Positions 53,320 through 64,000 of a DNA stretch of 64,000 nucleotides are shown here, one piece after another (position 1 is the first letter of the stretch; each line of letters opens with the position of its first letter). This DNA comes from the human T2T-CHM13v2.0 reference genome, Homo sapiens. Both the position numbers and the translations under genes were made by a program. The DNA lies in assembly GCF_009914755.1 (NCBI RefSeq), contig NC_060926.1; one strand, 5' to 3'. The notes below the pieces were generated by a model. It worked only from the letters and a program-made list of their open reading frames with translations. It ran no database searches and was not told the DNA's origin.

Positions 53320-53792
53320 GTTACGGAAGCCCCCGCGATGCCCACCTCCCACTTTCATGCCTTCCCACGACCTGCTCCCCTTGAGTCTAGGAGAGCTCCA
53401 TGACCAGCTTCTGGTGACTGTCACCATGGCCAAGTGTTGGGACATCACTTCAAAGATAAGGTTATAAGAAGATTATGACTCCGTTGGGAAGCGGCACTCT
53501 CATTCTCTCTCTCTCTCTCTTTCTCACTCAAACCTCGCTCCAGGAGAAGCAAACTACCACGTTGTGAGCAGCCCTCCGGAGATGCCCATGTAACACTAAA
53601 CTGCTGCCTCCGACAACATCCCTGAGGACCCGAGGCCTGTCAACCACGAGGGTGCACCTGGTCCTCCACAGCCTGAACCAAAGCTCGAGTCTCCCCAACC
53701 CCTGGCCACACAAACTGCGAGGCAATAAGTGTTCAATGCTTTCAGGCACTGGGTGCTAGGATAATAGGTTAGGCAGCCTGAGATAACTACTG
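53320..53792 (+). mobile_element. MLT1F-like LTR
   Basis: ctccccttgagt, gggacatcacttcaaagataaggttataa, ccacgttgtgagcagccct, ggcagcctgagataacta. Confidence 0.75.
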
Positions 53793-53919
53793 CCCACGTA
53801 TCAAGAAATGGTGTGGATATACTGAGTGTCCCACTTTATGGTCTGGAAATGTGTCCCCACTTGTGGCTCTCCAGTGCTCCCGTGCTGAGATTGACGGGAA
53901 GTCTAGGATTACTCCTGTC

Positions 53920-54480
53920 CTCTGGGTTCCCTGGCCGGGCTGTCACGCTCTGGGCTGGGTCCCCTGGCCGCGCCATCACACTCTAGCCGGGTCCCCCGGC
54001 TGCGCCGTCACACTCTAGCCAGGTTCCCCGGCTGCACCGTCACACTCTAGCTGGGTCCCCCGGCTGCGCCGTCACACTCTAGCCGGGTCCCCCGGCTGCA
54101 CCGTCACACTCTGGGCTGGGTCCCCCGGTGGCACCATCGTACTCTGGACTGGGTCCCCCGGCTGCGCCATCATACTCTGGGCTGGTTCCCCCGGCGGCGC
54201 CATCATACTCTGGACTGGGTCCCCTGGCTGCACCGTCACACTCTAGCCGGATTACCCAGTGGCACCATCACACTCTGGGCTGGGTCCCCTGGCCACACCG
54301 TCACACTCTGGGCTGGGTCCCTTGACCACGCCACCCCACTCTGGGCTGGTCCCCCGGCCGCGCCACCCCACTCTGGGCTGGTCCCCCGGCTGCGCCATCA
54401 CACTCTGGGCTGGGTCCCCTGGCCACACCGTCACACTCTGGGCTGGGTCCCCTGGCCACACCGTCACACTCTGGGCTGGC
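53920..54480. repeat. GC/CpG-rich 32-33-bp minisatellite (VNTR), 16 full units plus partial flanks
   Basis: Consensus ctctgggctgggtcccc(c/t)ggc(c/t)gcgcc(a/g)tcaca. Unit starts at 53948, 53981, 54013, 54045, 54077, 54109, 54142, 54175, 54208, 54241, 54273, 54306, 54339, 54371, 54403, 54436, 54469. Confidence 0.95.
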
Positions 54481-57454
54481 TGGGCTTGTTCCTGATTATT
54501 GCTGGAGCCAAAACCCAGGGAGGCACACTGAGGTCCAGCTTCTCTGCCACAGCTGCAGGAGCTGGCTCCAGGGGACAGAGGGAGGGCTGAGACCGGGCAG
54601 CGCGCAGGACCATGGTCTCCTCTACCGCCTCCAGGATCTCCTTTCTCACAGGCAAATCCTAAGCCTGGTTCCTACCCATGAGAATCTGAGCTCAGGTGGA
54701 TCCAAGAAACATGGACTCCACGTGACTCGGTCATGGCACAGCAGAGAGCCACTGAGCCAGAAGCCACTGAACCCCAGACAGCACAGCCCTGGCTCCCCCT
54801 GGCCCGTCCCAGCTGCCCCCTCTGATATGTGGAGCTCGGGGAAGAGGCTCATCCCTCCAGCTGGCTAGGAACCTGCTCAGTGATTTCGGTCCCACCTCAC
54901 AGCCTTTTGGATTTAATCACTCTGACGGCCTGAGGGTGGACCCTGCACTAAAAGGCTGGAATTGGGCCACTTCCCCAGGAAAACTGCCTCATAGACCCAG
55001 AATCACCTGTCCCCCTCGACCCTTCACGGGGGTGCTGGAGCAGCCCATGGCCCCAGCTCTTCCTCTGAAGAGACTTAACTTTGGGGGCATCACTGCCCTT
55101 CCCTGCCTCCCTGGCCAAGGCCAAGCAAGGCAGAAGGAGCTATGACGTGGCCTGAGCCACAGCAGCAGAGAAGGCGTGGCCCAGGGTGAGGAGCAGCTGT
55201 GAACGTGGCTAGACAATAGGATGAGGATCCTCGAGAACCTGAAGAGGAGGCTGGAAAAGGCATCTGTGGCTGATTTGCAAGAGCCTTGAATTTCACTCTA
55301 AATAAAGCTTTGGGGGATTAGCCTGTGGGCAGCCAGTTGTCATTGGAGGAACTAAAGGCAGAACCTGTCCAGGTCAGAGGTGTCTGGAGGTGATCATTCT
55401 TAATAATGTCCACCCAGTGATTATTTGTGAAGAATCTACTTTGCTCCTAGCCTGTCACAAGAAAGCTAAAAGCATAACCAAGTGTAGTTTCTGTGTGGAT
55501 TAAACTGGCAGATGTCTCAGTGGCTCAGGCCCTGCAGAAGAACCTCTTTGCGTGCGAACTCATTTATTATGTGGTCATTACTGTCCCATATCAGTTTGGA
55601 ACATATAGTTCTTTGTTACCAATTTCTCAATATGCTATCTACCTGCCTAAGTGCTATAGAGTTGTATTTTGTCAATTAGGAAGTGTTTTGTGATAAAAAC
55701 TTCTTACTGATTCAAACTGGCACCTCTTCCCTAACTCTGACATCCAAACCCCTTTTATTATGAATGAAAAGTGTTTAAGTGCCTTAAAAGAATATTCTAC
55801 ATTCAGAGGATTGGCTCTGTGTAGAGGCAGCATGGCCTATTCCATAAAGCCCTGAACATCTACAGTTTCCAGCCCCAGTGCTAACAGGGTGCTTGAATTT
55901 GGAGATTTTGCTTAACCTACCTGAATCTCAGCATCCTTATTCAAATCAGGAACAATAATCATCTCTACTCTCTGGGGACTCAGATGGCAAGTTTAAGGCT
56001 GACGAGAAGGTCTGAGTTCTTAAAGACGCCCCTCGTCTGTCTCTGAGGGGAGTCGTGAGGACACACTGAGGATACGGAATTCTGTCAGAATGCTAACATG
56101 AACCAATGGTTTGATTAGCCCGAAGCCTCATCATGGTGATCTCTTTCTAAGCCACTTCTGTTCTGTGGGTTCCTCAACCCACAAGTTCTATACTGAGAAC
56201 CCATCAATACCATTGTTCCAAATGCCTTCTGGTCTTTTCATGGAGAACCTGTAATGTCATGAGTCAAGGATGTGCTCATTGGAATTAAGGAATGGAACTG
56301 GGTCCTTGGTGTTCCTGGGGAAAGAATGATGGAGGACTGTCAAATTCAGTGAAAAGGTCAGCATGGATGTAAGCATGCGAAGATTCCCTAAGTCCCAGCT
56401 CAAATGAATGGGCGGAATGTCACCTACTGAAGGGGACAGACAGCTGTGTCAAATGACACAAAGGGCTGAGAAACAAACGCACACGTTTTATTCAGCTATT
56501 TTGGAGTGATGAGAAAATCCATTTACTTGACACTGAAATGTTAGAATCCCACAATTTATGTTTGTTGTTATGTCATCCGTTTTTATTTTGTTCCCCTAAT
56601 TCATTTGCTCACCCATTTAATAACTGGGTCATGTACTTCCATGTACTGAGCATCTCCTATAGGCAGGCAATGTGTTCGGCCTGCAGTCATAGCAGTGGGA
56701 CAGCTTTCATCCTCAGGGCAAGCAGAGGAGGATGGTGGTTACTGCCTCCCAGGGAAGGAGGTCTGCTCACCTAATGCCCACAGCTGCAAGGAAGGCTGTA
56801 TTCATCACCGTTCAGCTCAGCACAGACCCACGTGGAACCTGCTTCATTGCAAAGATTATATTTAACGACTCCTCTGCCTCTATGTCTGCAAGCATTGCTA
56901 TGATTTAAGTCATGCTCTGACAGCCTCGGGAACTTGCCAGTCCCAAGCAGAGCTGCATCTTGCCAGCTTGCCAGGTGCCCCTTGCCTCTAACCCATTGCT
57001 CCAGCTGGATGAAGCCACTCTTGGTCCAAGATGGGGCTTGCACCACTGGGCTGTAGCACGGTTTGTTGTGACTTGTGACAGCCTCAAACAGAAACCAGGA
57101 ACACTGAATCACTTTCTCTGTCAAGCTGCACTGAGAGTCACATACACCCTGAGTTATCAGCCTGCCTGAGAATGTTCCAGAATGTTGGAGGTGAAAGCAG
57201 GCCTCCAGTGACTAATGGCTGAGATGGCATTCTCCAGAAGGATCTACATGTCAAGGGCAGAATTCTTCATTCCTCCAAGCAACTGCAACGATGGTGAAAA
57301 TAATAAAACAAGAACAGCAGCAGAAATAGCAACAAGTCCTATCACTATTACTGTGTCATTTACAGCTACTTCCAAAGCAGATCAGTTACAGAAGATCCAT
57401 TTGGGAGGTGAAGGAAATACAGAGAGCTGGGGAAGGAGCAGCCGCCCAGCTAGG

Positions 57455-57700
57455 TGTCCTGTTGGTTTTCCGAGCTGTCCTAGCAAAGTGTGACAAACAG
57501 AGTGGCTTAAACATCAGGAACTTACTCTCTCACAGATCCAGAGGACAGAAGCCCAAAAGCAAAGTGTCAGCAGGGCCGCACTTCCTCTGAAGCCTCTGAG
57601 AGAGGGGCCTTCTAGCCTCCTCCTGCTCATGGTACCCCAGGCCTCCCTTGGCTTGTGACCACATCACTCGATGCTGTCTCCATGGTCACCTGATGTCTGC
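57455..57700 (-). mobile_element. Partial MLT1B/C/D-like LTR
   Basis: caaacagagtggcttaaacatcaggaacttactctctcacag...gtgtcagcagggccgcacttcctctgaag. Confidence 0.75.
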
Positions 57701-58182
57701 CCTCAGAACATGAAGCTCAAAGAAGCCCCCAAGACTCAGAGTAAGTAGCACAAGTAAGTCTTCCTCAGAGCCACACCTGCACTGACCCCAAGAACCCCCT
57801 TAGCCTGCACAAGAACGTGTCTCAGTACACACTCCAGCCCTACCTGCCCCCGACGAGACACCCTCCCTGTTAATTACAGAACTGAAGAATATCCAAGGCC
57901 ACCTCTCCCAATCTTCAGACTTCCATGATGATCCAGTGAGCCCCAAAGTCGCAGCAGTGAGCCCAGGTTTCACAGACAGGAGACAGAGGGCTGAGGGGGG
58001 GAGCAGAACAGCCATTCTCTGCAGGGCAGCACGGCCCCTCTGGACGTTGCCCATCAAATCCCGACAGCAGCTCAGAAAACTGCCAGCTCAGCCGCACAGG
58101 TGAGGATGCTGACCAGAAACCTGCATTGCATTTGACCACTTTTAGTCACTAGAAAATGATTATTAGAAAATGTGGTTAACCA

Positions 58183-58789
<607 letters not shown>

Positions 58790-58829
58790 AAAACGTAGTT
58801 AATCATTTGGGAAAAAAATAATAAAGCTG

Positions 58830-59615
58830 TATCCTTTCCTCATCCTTTTTAACAAAATAAATTTCATATGGAATTAAGCAATAACGTAAAAAACATACAT
58901 TAAAATTATTCCTAAAAATCTGGGTGAATGTGCTTATAATTTTGTGGTATAAAAAGACATGGTATGTTATCATGGCTAGAAACATATTTTAGGAAAAGAT
59001 TTATAAGTTTGAATATATGTTTTTTTATTCTACATAGTCAAAAAACACAACAAAAAAGCTTAAAGAAAAATGACTATTGGAAAAAGTAATCGTCATAAAA
59101 AGATAATATTCTTAATATGCCATGAGTGCTTTAAAAGTAACAAGATAAATATTTTCAAAAAGATGAATAATTCCTGAAGAAAATAATAATTACACAGACA
59201 ATAAATGTGTAAAAAGATTTTTAACCTCTCTTTTAATTAAAGAAATACAATTCAAATAATATATTTGTATATATCAGAGAAAGTCTTAACAATGCTGGAA
59301 GAGGATTCAAAACATCGACACCTTTATGAACCATTACTGCAAGTCTGGGGGTCTGTTTATAAAATTATATCAGTGTTTAAAACATGTATATCACATGGCC
59401 CAATGATTTTATTATGTGCATTTATCCCTTTATGTTTAAAAATATTTACTGTAATGCTATTAGGGAAGAAGTAAATAAAAGAAACAGAAACATTAACAAC
59501 TGAAATGTCCATCAATAATGGAATTAAAAAATTATGGCATATTCCTCATTTATGAGGTAGAAAGCAACTAATAAAAATAATAATATGAATCTATGTTCAT
59601 GGATATGGAACAAGC
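58830..59615 (+). mobile_element. Highly decayed L1ME-like ORF2 3' fragments
   Basis: A-rich; ggaaaaagtaat, taattaaagaaatacaattcaaa, aaatgtccatcaataatggaat, aaattatggcatattc. Confidence 0.6.
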
Positions 59616-59619
59616 TTAA

Positions 59620-60040
59620 CTGTGTTAATTAGGTTAATGCACAAAATTTTGGTGATTTAAGAAGATAGAAATTTATTTTTCACTCATACAAACTCAATAG
59701 AAGAAGTGCAGGAGTGGGAGCTTCCCTCCACACGGCCCTGTGGGCCCCAGCTTTCCAGAGGCCCGTCACCCTCACCATATGGCTCTTGGGACATGCAGAA
59801 TGAATATCTGCCCAGCAAATAGGAGAAAGGAGAGGAAAAGGAGAGGGTCACGGGGGCGATTGTTATGTAATGGGCCTAGAAGTAACATGCAGCATCTTGA
59901 CCCACAATTCGTCAACCAGAACTCAGTCCCGGGGACCCAGCTAGACACAAAGTGCTGAGAAAACAGCCCCTGACTTGGCAGGCTGCTTCTCCTCTGTGGC
60001 TCCACTTTATTTGAAAGGGAGGGGAGGGATTGAATGACGG
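59620..60040 (-). mobile_element. Old MLT1 (H/I/J-like) LTR
   Basis: gatttaagaagatagaaatttatttttcactca...ccagaactcagtc...tgctgagaaaacagccc. Confidence 0.6.
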
Positions 60041-60839
60041 TGGAAAGGAAGGCATCTCTGCCCCAGCAGAACATATCATTGACTGAAAGGGCACAGCTAA
60101 GAGGACTGCATCTGCTATGGAGCCATTCTGGGAAAGTCTGGGACAGGCACACACACATATCCAAAGCCTCTCTCATGTCAGGGGTTTAGATAGTGAATTT
60201 GCCTAGTGAGAGCTGCCTTGTTATCCAAATCTACTTGGTTCCAGGTTGGGAAAGACAGGGAGGGACACCAGCCATAGCTCAAAAATGATCTGCATCTATA
60301 AGGTTTTTTGAGTGTGCTTAGCATGGGTTTGGATGTGTGCGAGTGTTCGTGCAAACGGAAAATCTAGAACAATGATCGCCGTGTGCTTAACAGTAGTTAT
60401 ACCTATGAAATAAGATTTAGGGTTGGTTTTTACTCCTTTCTTTTAAGTTTTCATATACAAAAAAAAATGCCCTCATATTTGACACAGTAATTTGATATTC
60501 AGGGGGAAAAAGCAATTAACACTATATTTATTTGGGGTGGGGCTCAAGTGATCCTCTTGCCCCAGCCTCCTGAGTAGCTGGAACTGCAGCACCATGCCCA
60601 GTTTCTCTCTTCCTTTTTTCTTTCTTTTATTTTTGTTTATGATGATGAAGGTTTAGACAAGCTTCAACGCCAATAGAAGGAGAGGTTGAAAAGAGAATAA
60701 GTTTCCTTGGTAAGTGGGGAGAGACGGTACAAAATCAGAAGAATGACCACTCTTAAATATAATGGGAAAGGAGGAGAAATAACGATGCTTATAAAAGTAA
60801 ATGCTAGAGTTTGTTGTGAATTCATTGAGGAGACTGCAT

Positions 60840-61225
60840 CACTCAGCATAGGCTAAGTGTTTTAACAGTAATCCCTCAATGTCACTGGCTTCTCCTAATA
60901 GTCTTTTTGTTGTTATTTTCTTGGCTCTCATCACAGTTGGTTGTTGGGACTGGAGGTGTTGGACATCACAGTGTTCCATCCAGGGCTCCGGGACCCTTTT
61001 ATCTAGAGCTGGAGCTCCACAAGCCTCTGGGGCCCCCAGAACTCTTCCTTGGATCTGCTAAATCCAGTTCAAGTAACACTTGAAAATGGCATTCATCACT
61101 TCTGCCTACAACTGCACTGGCCAAAACCCAGTCATTTGCTGCAAGAGTACTAGGAATGTTTTCTAGCTGTGGACCCAGGAAGAGAGGGCGCACAGATGTT
61201 GGTGAGCACTTGCTTTCTCTGTTAA
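60840..61225 (-). mobile_element. MLT1J-like LTR
   Basis: catcacttctgcctacaactgcactggccaaaacccagtca...ctagctgtggacccaggaagaga...tggtgagcact. Confidence 0.65.
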
Positions 61226-61760
61226 AGAGAAAAAGAATTTTATTATTGTTATTGCTGCTCCTGTATTGATTTTGATAATAATTGGACATAGGTTAACTTT
61301 ATGACCTGAACAGCAGGCTCTCAGTAAATCTTTGAGGAAGGAAAAAAGGAGAAGGAGGGACAGAAGGATTGAGGAAGAGAGAAAAGGCTGTTTTTATAGC
61401 CCCAAAGCTGGTTTTTTACACAGGTATAGAAAACGCCTGCTTAATTGGTGTGATTTGAGCAGGGGTCTTTTTATAAATTTCTATATCAAAATGAAAACCC
61501 ACTTATAGCAGTTACCATCTCCACTCTGAAAAATGAAGTCAGCCGATCCAAAATTGAAGCCTACCAGAAAGATGCTTTAGTTATGGGTCAGTAAGAAGGT
61601 ACCAGAAGCCAGAAGGACATCTGATCTACCTCACACACACACAAACAAGCACTGGTGTTCAGAGTTACAACTTTTATGCCCTTTGGGGTCCCATTTAGCT
61701 TTTTGCTTTACTTTCCATTCACTCACTTACTCACTCACTCATTCATTCATTCATCATTCA

Positions 61761-61908
61761 TGCCCTGATGGCATCTCAGAATCAAATATTATTAGTGTTC
61801 TAGTATTCCCCATAAAGATATAGGTTTTGGCCAAAGAGTGTCTGGTTAGTGCATTTCCATCTAGGGTAACAAAGCTGGTTTACTTATGATAATAGAGCAA
61901 CTTGTTCC
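61761..61908 (+). repeat. Left arm of a ~145-bp inverted duplication
   Basis: Reverse complement of 63376-63518 at ~87% identity. Confidence 0.92.
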
Positions 61909-62982
61909 TCACCCTAAATTATGCAGCAATATGTGGATGAGTCTACAAGGCTCAATATCTTACCAAAAATTTGTAGTGTCAGTCTGAACTGGTATTTACA
62001 AATGAAGAGATGTTATTAGTGGAGCAATTTCATTAAATGAATATTGTGCCAAATTATCTCAAATTTATAAGATAACACTTAAAACAATTTTATGGAAAAT
62101 CGCTTCCAAAATTATGCCCTTATGAAATGCACACACTAATAACACACCACAAGGACACATAAATTATATAAGAGTCATATCCTTTTGCAGTTGCATACAT
62201 TGAATAATGTGATGTTTTTGCAAGAGCAAAAAGTATACTATGTTATTAAAACATACTGGCATTTTAAAATGTTACATTAAAATCACCATAGACAACTAGA
62301 AGATACAGAGGCACTAAAGACATAGTGTTTTGAGCAAGATGAGATTTGTTCCCCCTTTAAAGGGGAAAATAAAAATGCAAGACCACATATATAAAGAGAA
62401 TGAGATGAGCTTCAAATAGGAACTAAGAAGAGAAAGTCCCACCTGTAGCTATTTTGTAAAGTTTGCTACACTGAAATGAATCAAATCATCAAAAGTGTGA
62501 AGAATTCAGTTATTTAGCAATAACATGGAAACATCTCTTTCCATGAACTCCTAGGAATTGTGATGACTATGCCAATGGGAGAGATGAGAACCACTCATAA
62601 GGCTGAAAATGATGAGTCAACACCCCACTTGTTCAGAGAGCCCAGCCATGTGGAACGGCCCACAGTTCCATTCATGCACCACGCTGTTGTGTACATGTTC
62701 CCATATCCTACTTCTGTAGATTACAATTCTTCTGCTGCAAATACCTTTCCTTCTTGCCTCTCATTCTCTTCTTCTTTGGATCCTCTGGTGAGCCCAACTT
62801 CATCTTTCAAGATTTGGCTTTGGAGTAAAATCACTATGAAGACTTTCTTGACCCGAATTACCGCTTCCCCATTTGGCTCCTCATGCATCCCCTTCAGGAT
62901 ACTTGTTGGTTTCTGCATTACCTCTTCACTAGGCTATAGCTGTCTTCATCATCACTGTGAACCTAAGCCTCAGCATTACTAC

Positions 62983-63332
62983 CGTATCAGTCTGTTCTCA
63001 TACTGCTAATAAAGACATACTGGAGACTGAGTAATTTATAAAGGAAAGAAGTTTAATGGACTCACCATTCCACATGGCTGGGGAGGCCTCACAATCATGG
63101 CAGGAGACGAAGGAAGAGCAAAGGTTTGTCCTACATGGCACCAGGCAAGGTAACTCCACTTTATAAAACCATCAGATCTCATGAGACTTATTCACTATCA
63201 AGAGAAGAGCACAGGAAAGACCAAACCCTATGATTCAATTACCTCCCACTGGGTCCCTCCCATGACACATGGGAATTGTGGTAGCTACAATTGAAGGTGA
63301 GATTTGGGTGGGAACATGGCCAAAGCATATCA
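62983..63332 (-). mobile_element. THE1B/THE1C solo LTR
   Basis: gtatcagtctgttctcatactgctaataaagacata...gagatttgggtggg...catatca. Perfect TSD ACTAC at 62978-62982 and 63333-63337; DUX4-type tgattcaatta at 63231-63241. Confidence 0.92.
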
Positions 63333-63375
63333 ACTACTAACACAGATGGGTGCATATTTGTTGAACAGTGAAAGG

Positions 63376-63518
63376 GGAACAATTTTGCTGTATTGTCATA
63401 AGTAAGCCAGTTTTGTTTCCCTAGATTGAGATGCACTAACCACACACTCTTTGGCCATAACCTTTGCATGGAATACTAGGACACTAATAATGTTTGATTC
63501 TGAGAAGCCATCAAGGCA
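63376..63518 (-). repeat. Right arm of a ~145-bp inverted duplication
   Basis: Reverse complement of 61761-61908. Confidence 0.92.
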
Positions 63519-63904
63519 GGAGCCTGTATCAAAATGAATAATGATTTGGCAGTAAGGTAACCTAGAATTGTGTGGTGGCTTGGCCATTTGGTAGTTGTTT
63601 TGTGGCTTTGGACAAGATTTGGTACTTCAATAATCCTTAGCATCCTCATTGATAATATGAGGATCATGGAATGGGATTGGACGACAAAGGCTTCTTGGAG
63701 CATAAAATCCATTATTCCTGATCAACTTTAGTTATATATTATACTAAATATATAACTAAATATATTTATTTAGTTATATATTATTCTATCTTTTTTATGT
63801 CTAAGGTCTATATATCCTAGCTCTTCAAATATATTGCAAAGTCATCTAAGACATGGTATGGACCATCTTTTCATTAATTTTGCAAAGCATTTAGACAGGC
63901 TTCT

Positions 63905-64000
63905 GTATTAAGGGCTATGACTGTAGAGCCCAGAGGCCTGTGTTCAGTCCTGGCTCCAACATTTACAGTTTTTAGGTCCTTGGGAAATTTACATTTCTTC
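63905..64000 (+). mobile_element. MIR 5' part, running off the window
   Basis: ctgtagagcccagaggcctgtgttcagtcctggctccaacatttac...ccttgggaaatttac. Confidence 0.7.

Noticed and set aside
53920-54480. Regular 32-33-bp periodicity as a CRISPR array or mucin-like CDS
   Set aside because: Head-to-tail units with no unique spacers, no cas genes and a eukaryotic context; the 32-bp units break the reading frame.

Overview
Primate, almost certainly human, non-coding genomic DNA (intergenic or deep intronic); a CpG-intact AluYb8-lineage element points to human. I find no protein-coding exon, tRNA/rRNA gene or clear CpG-island promoter. The six-frame ORFs are chance ORFs or come from repeats. The only recognisable peptides are decayed L1 ORF2 pieces and an ERVL-class gag remnant. 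The window is a layered transposon record: many MIR and L2 relics, MER58 and MADE1 DNA elements, about 15 solo LTRs (MLT1/MST/THE1/MLT2A/MER21/LTR1), several with intact target-site duplications (TSDs), L1 fragments of several ages and nested Alus. The strongest features not explained by known repeats are: (1) an ~145-bp, ~87%-identical inverted duplication of apparently unique sequence (61761-61908 vs 63376-63518); (2) a perfect 17-bp palindrome that reads as a splice acceptor on both strands (47508-47547); (3) an mRNA-3'UTR-like retrocopy inside an old L1; (4) a triple-nested LTR cassette with a perfect DUX4 motif; (5) two GC/G-rich VNTRs; (6) a 105-bp tandem duplication. All repeat subfamily names come from remembered consensus sequences, not from a database search. 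I found no evidence for a new multi-gene system.
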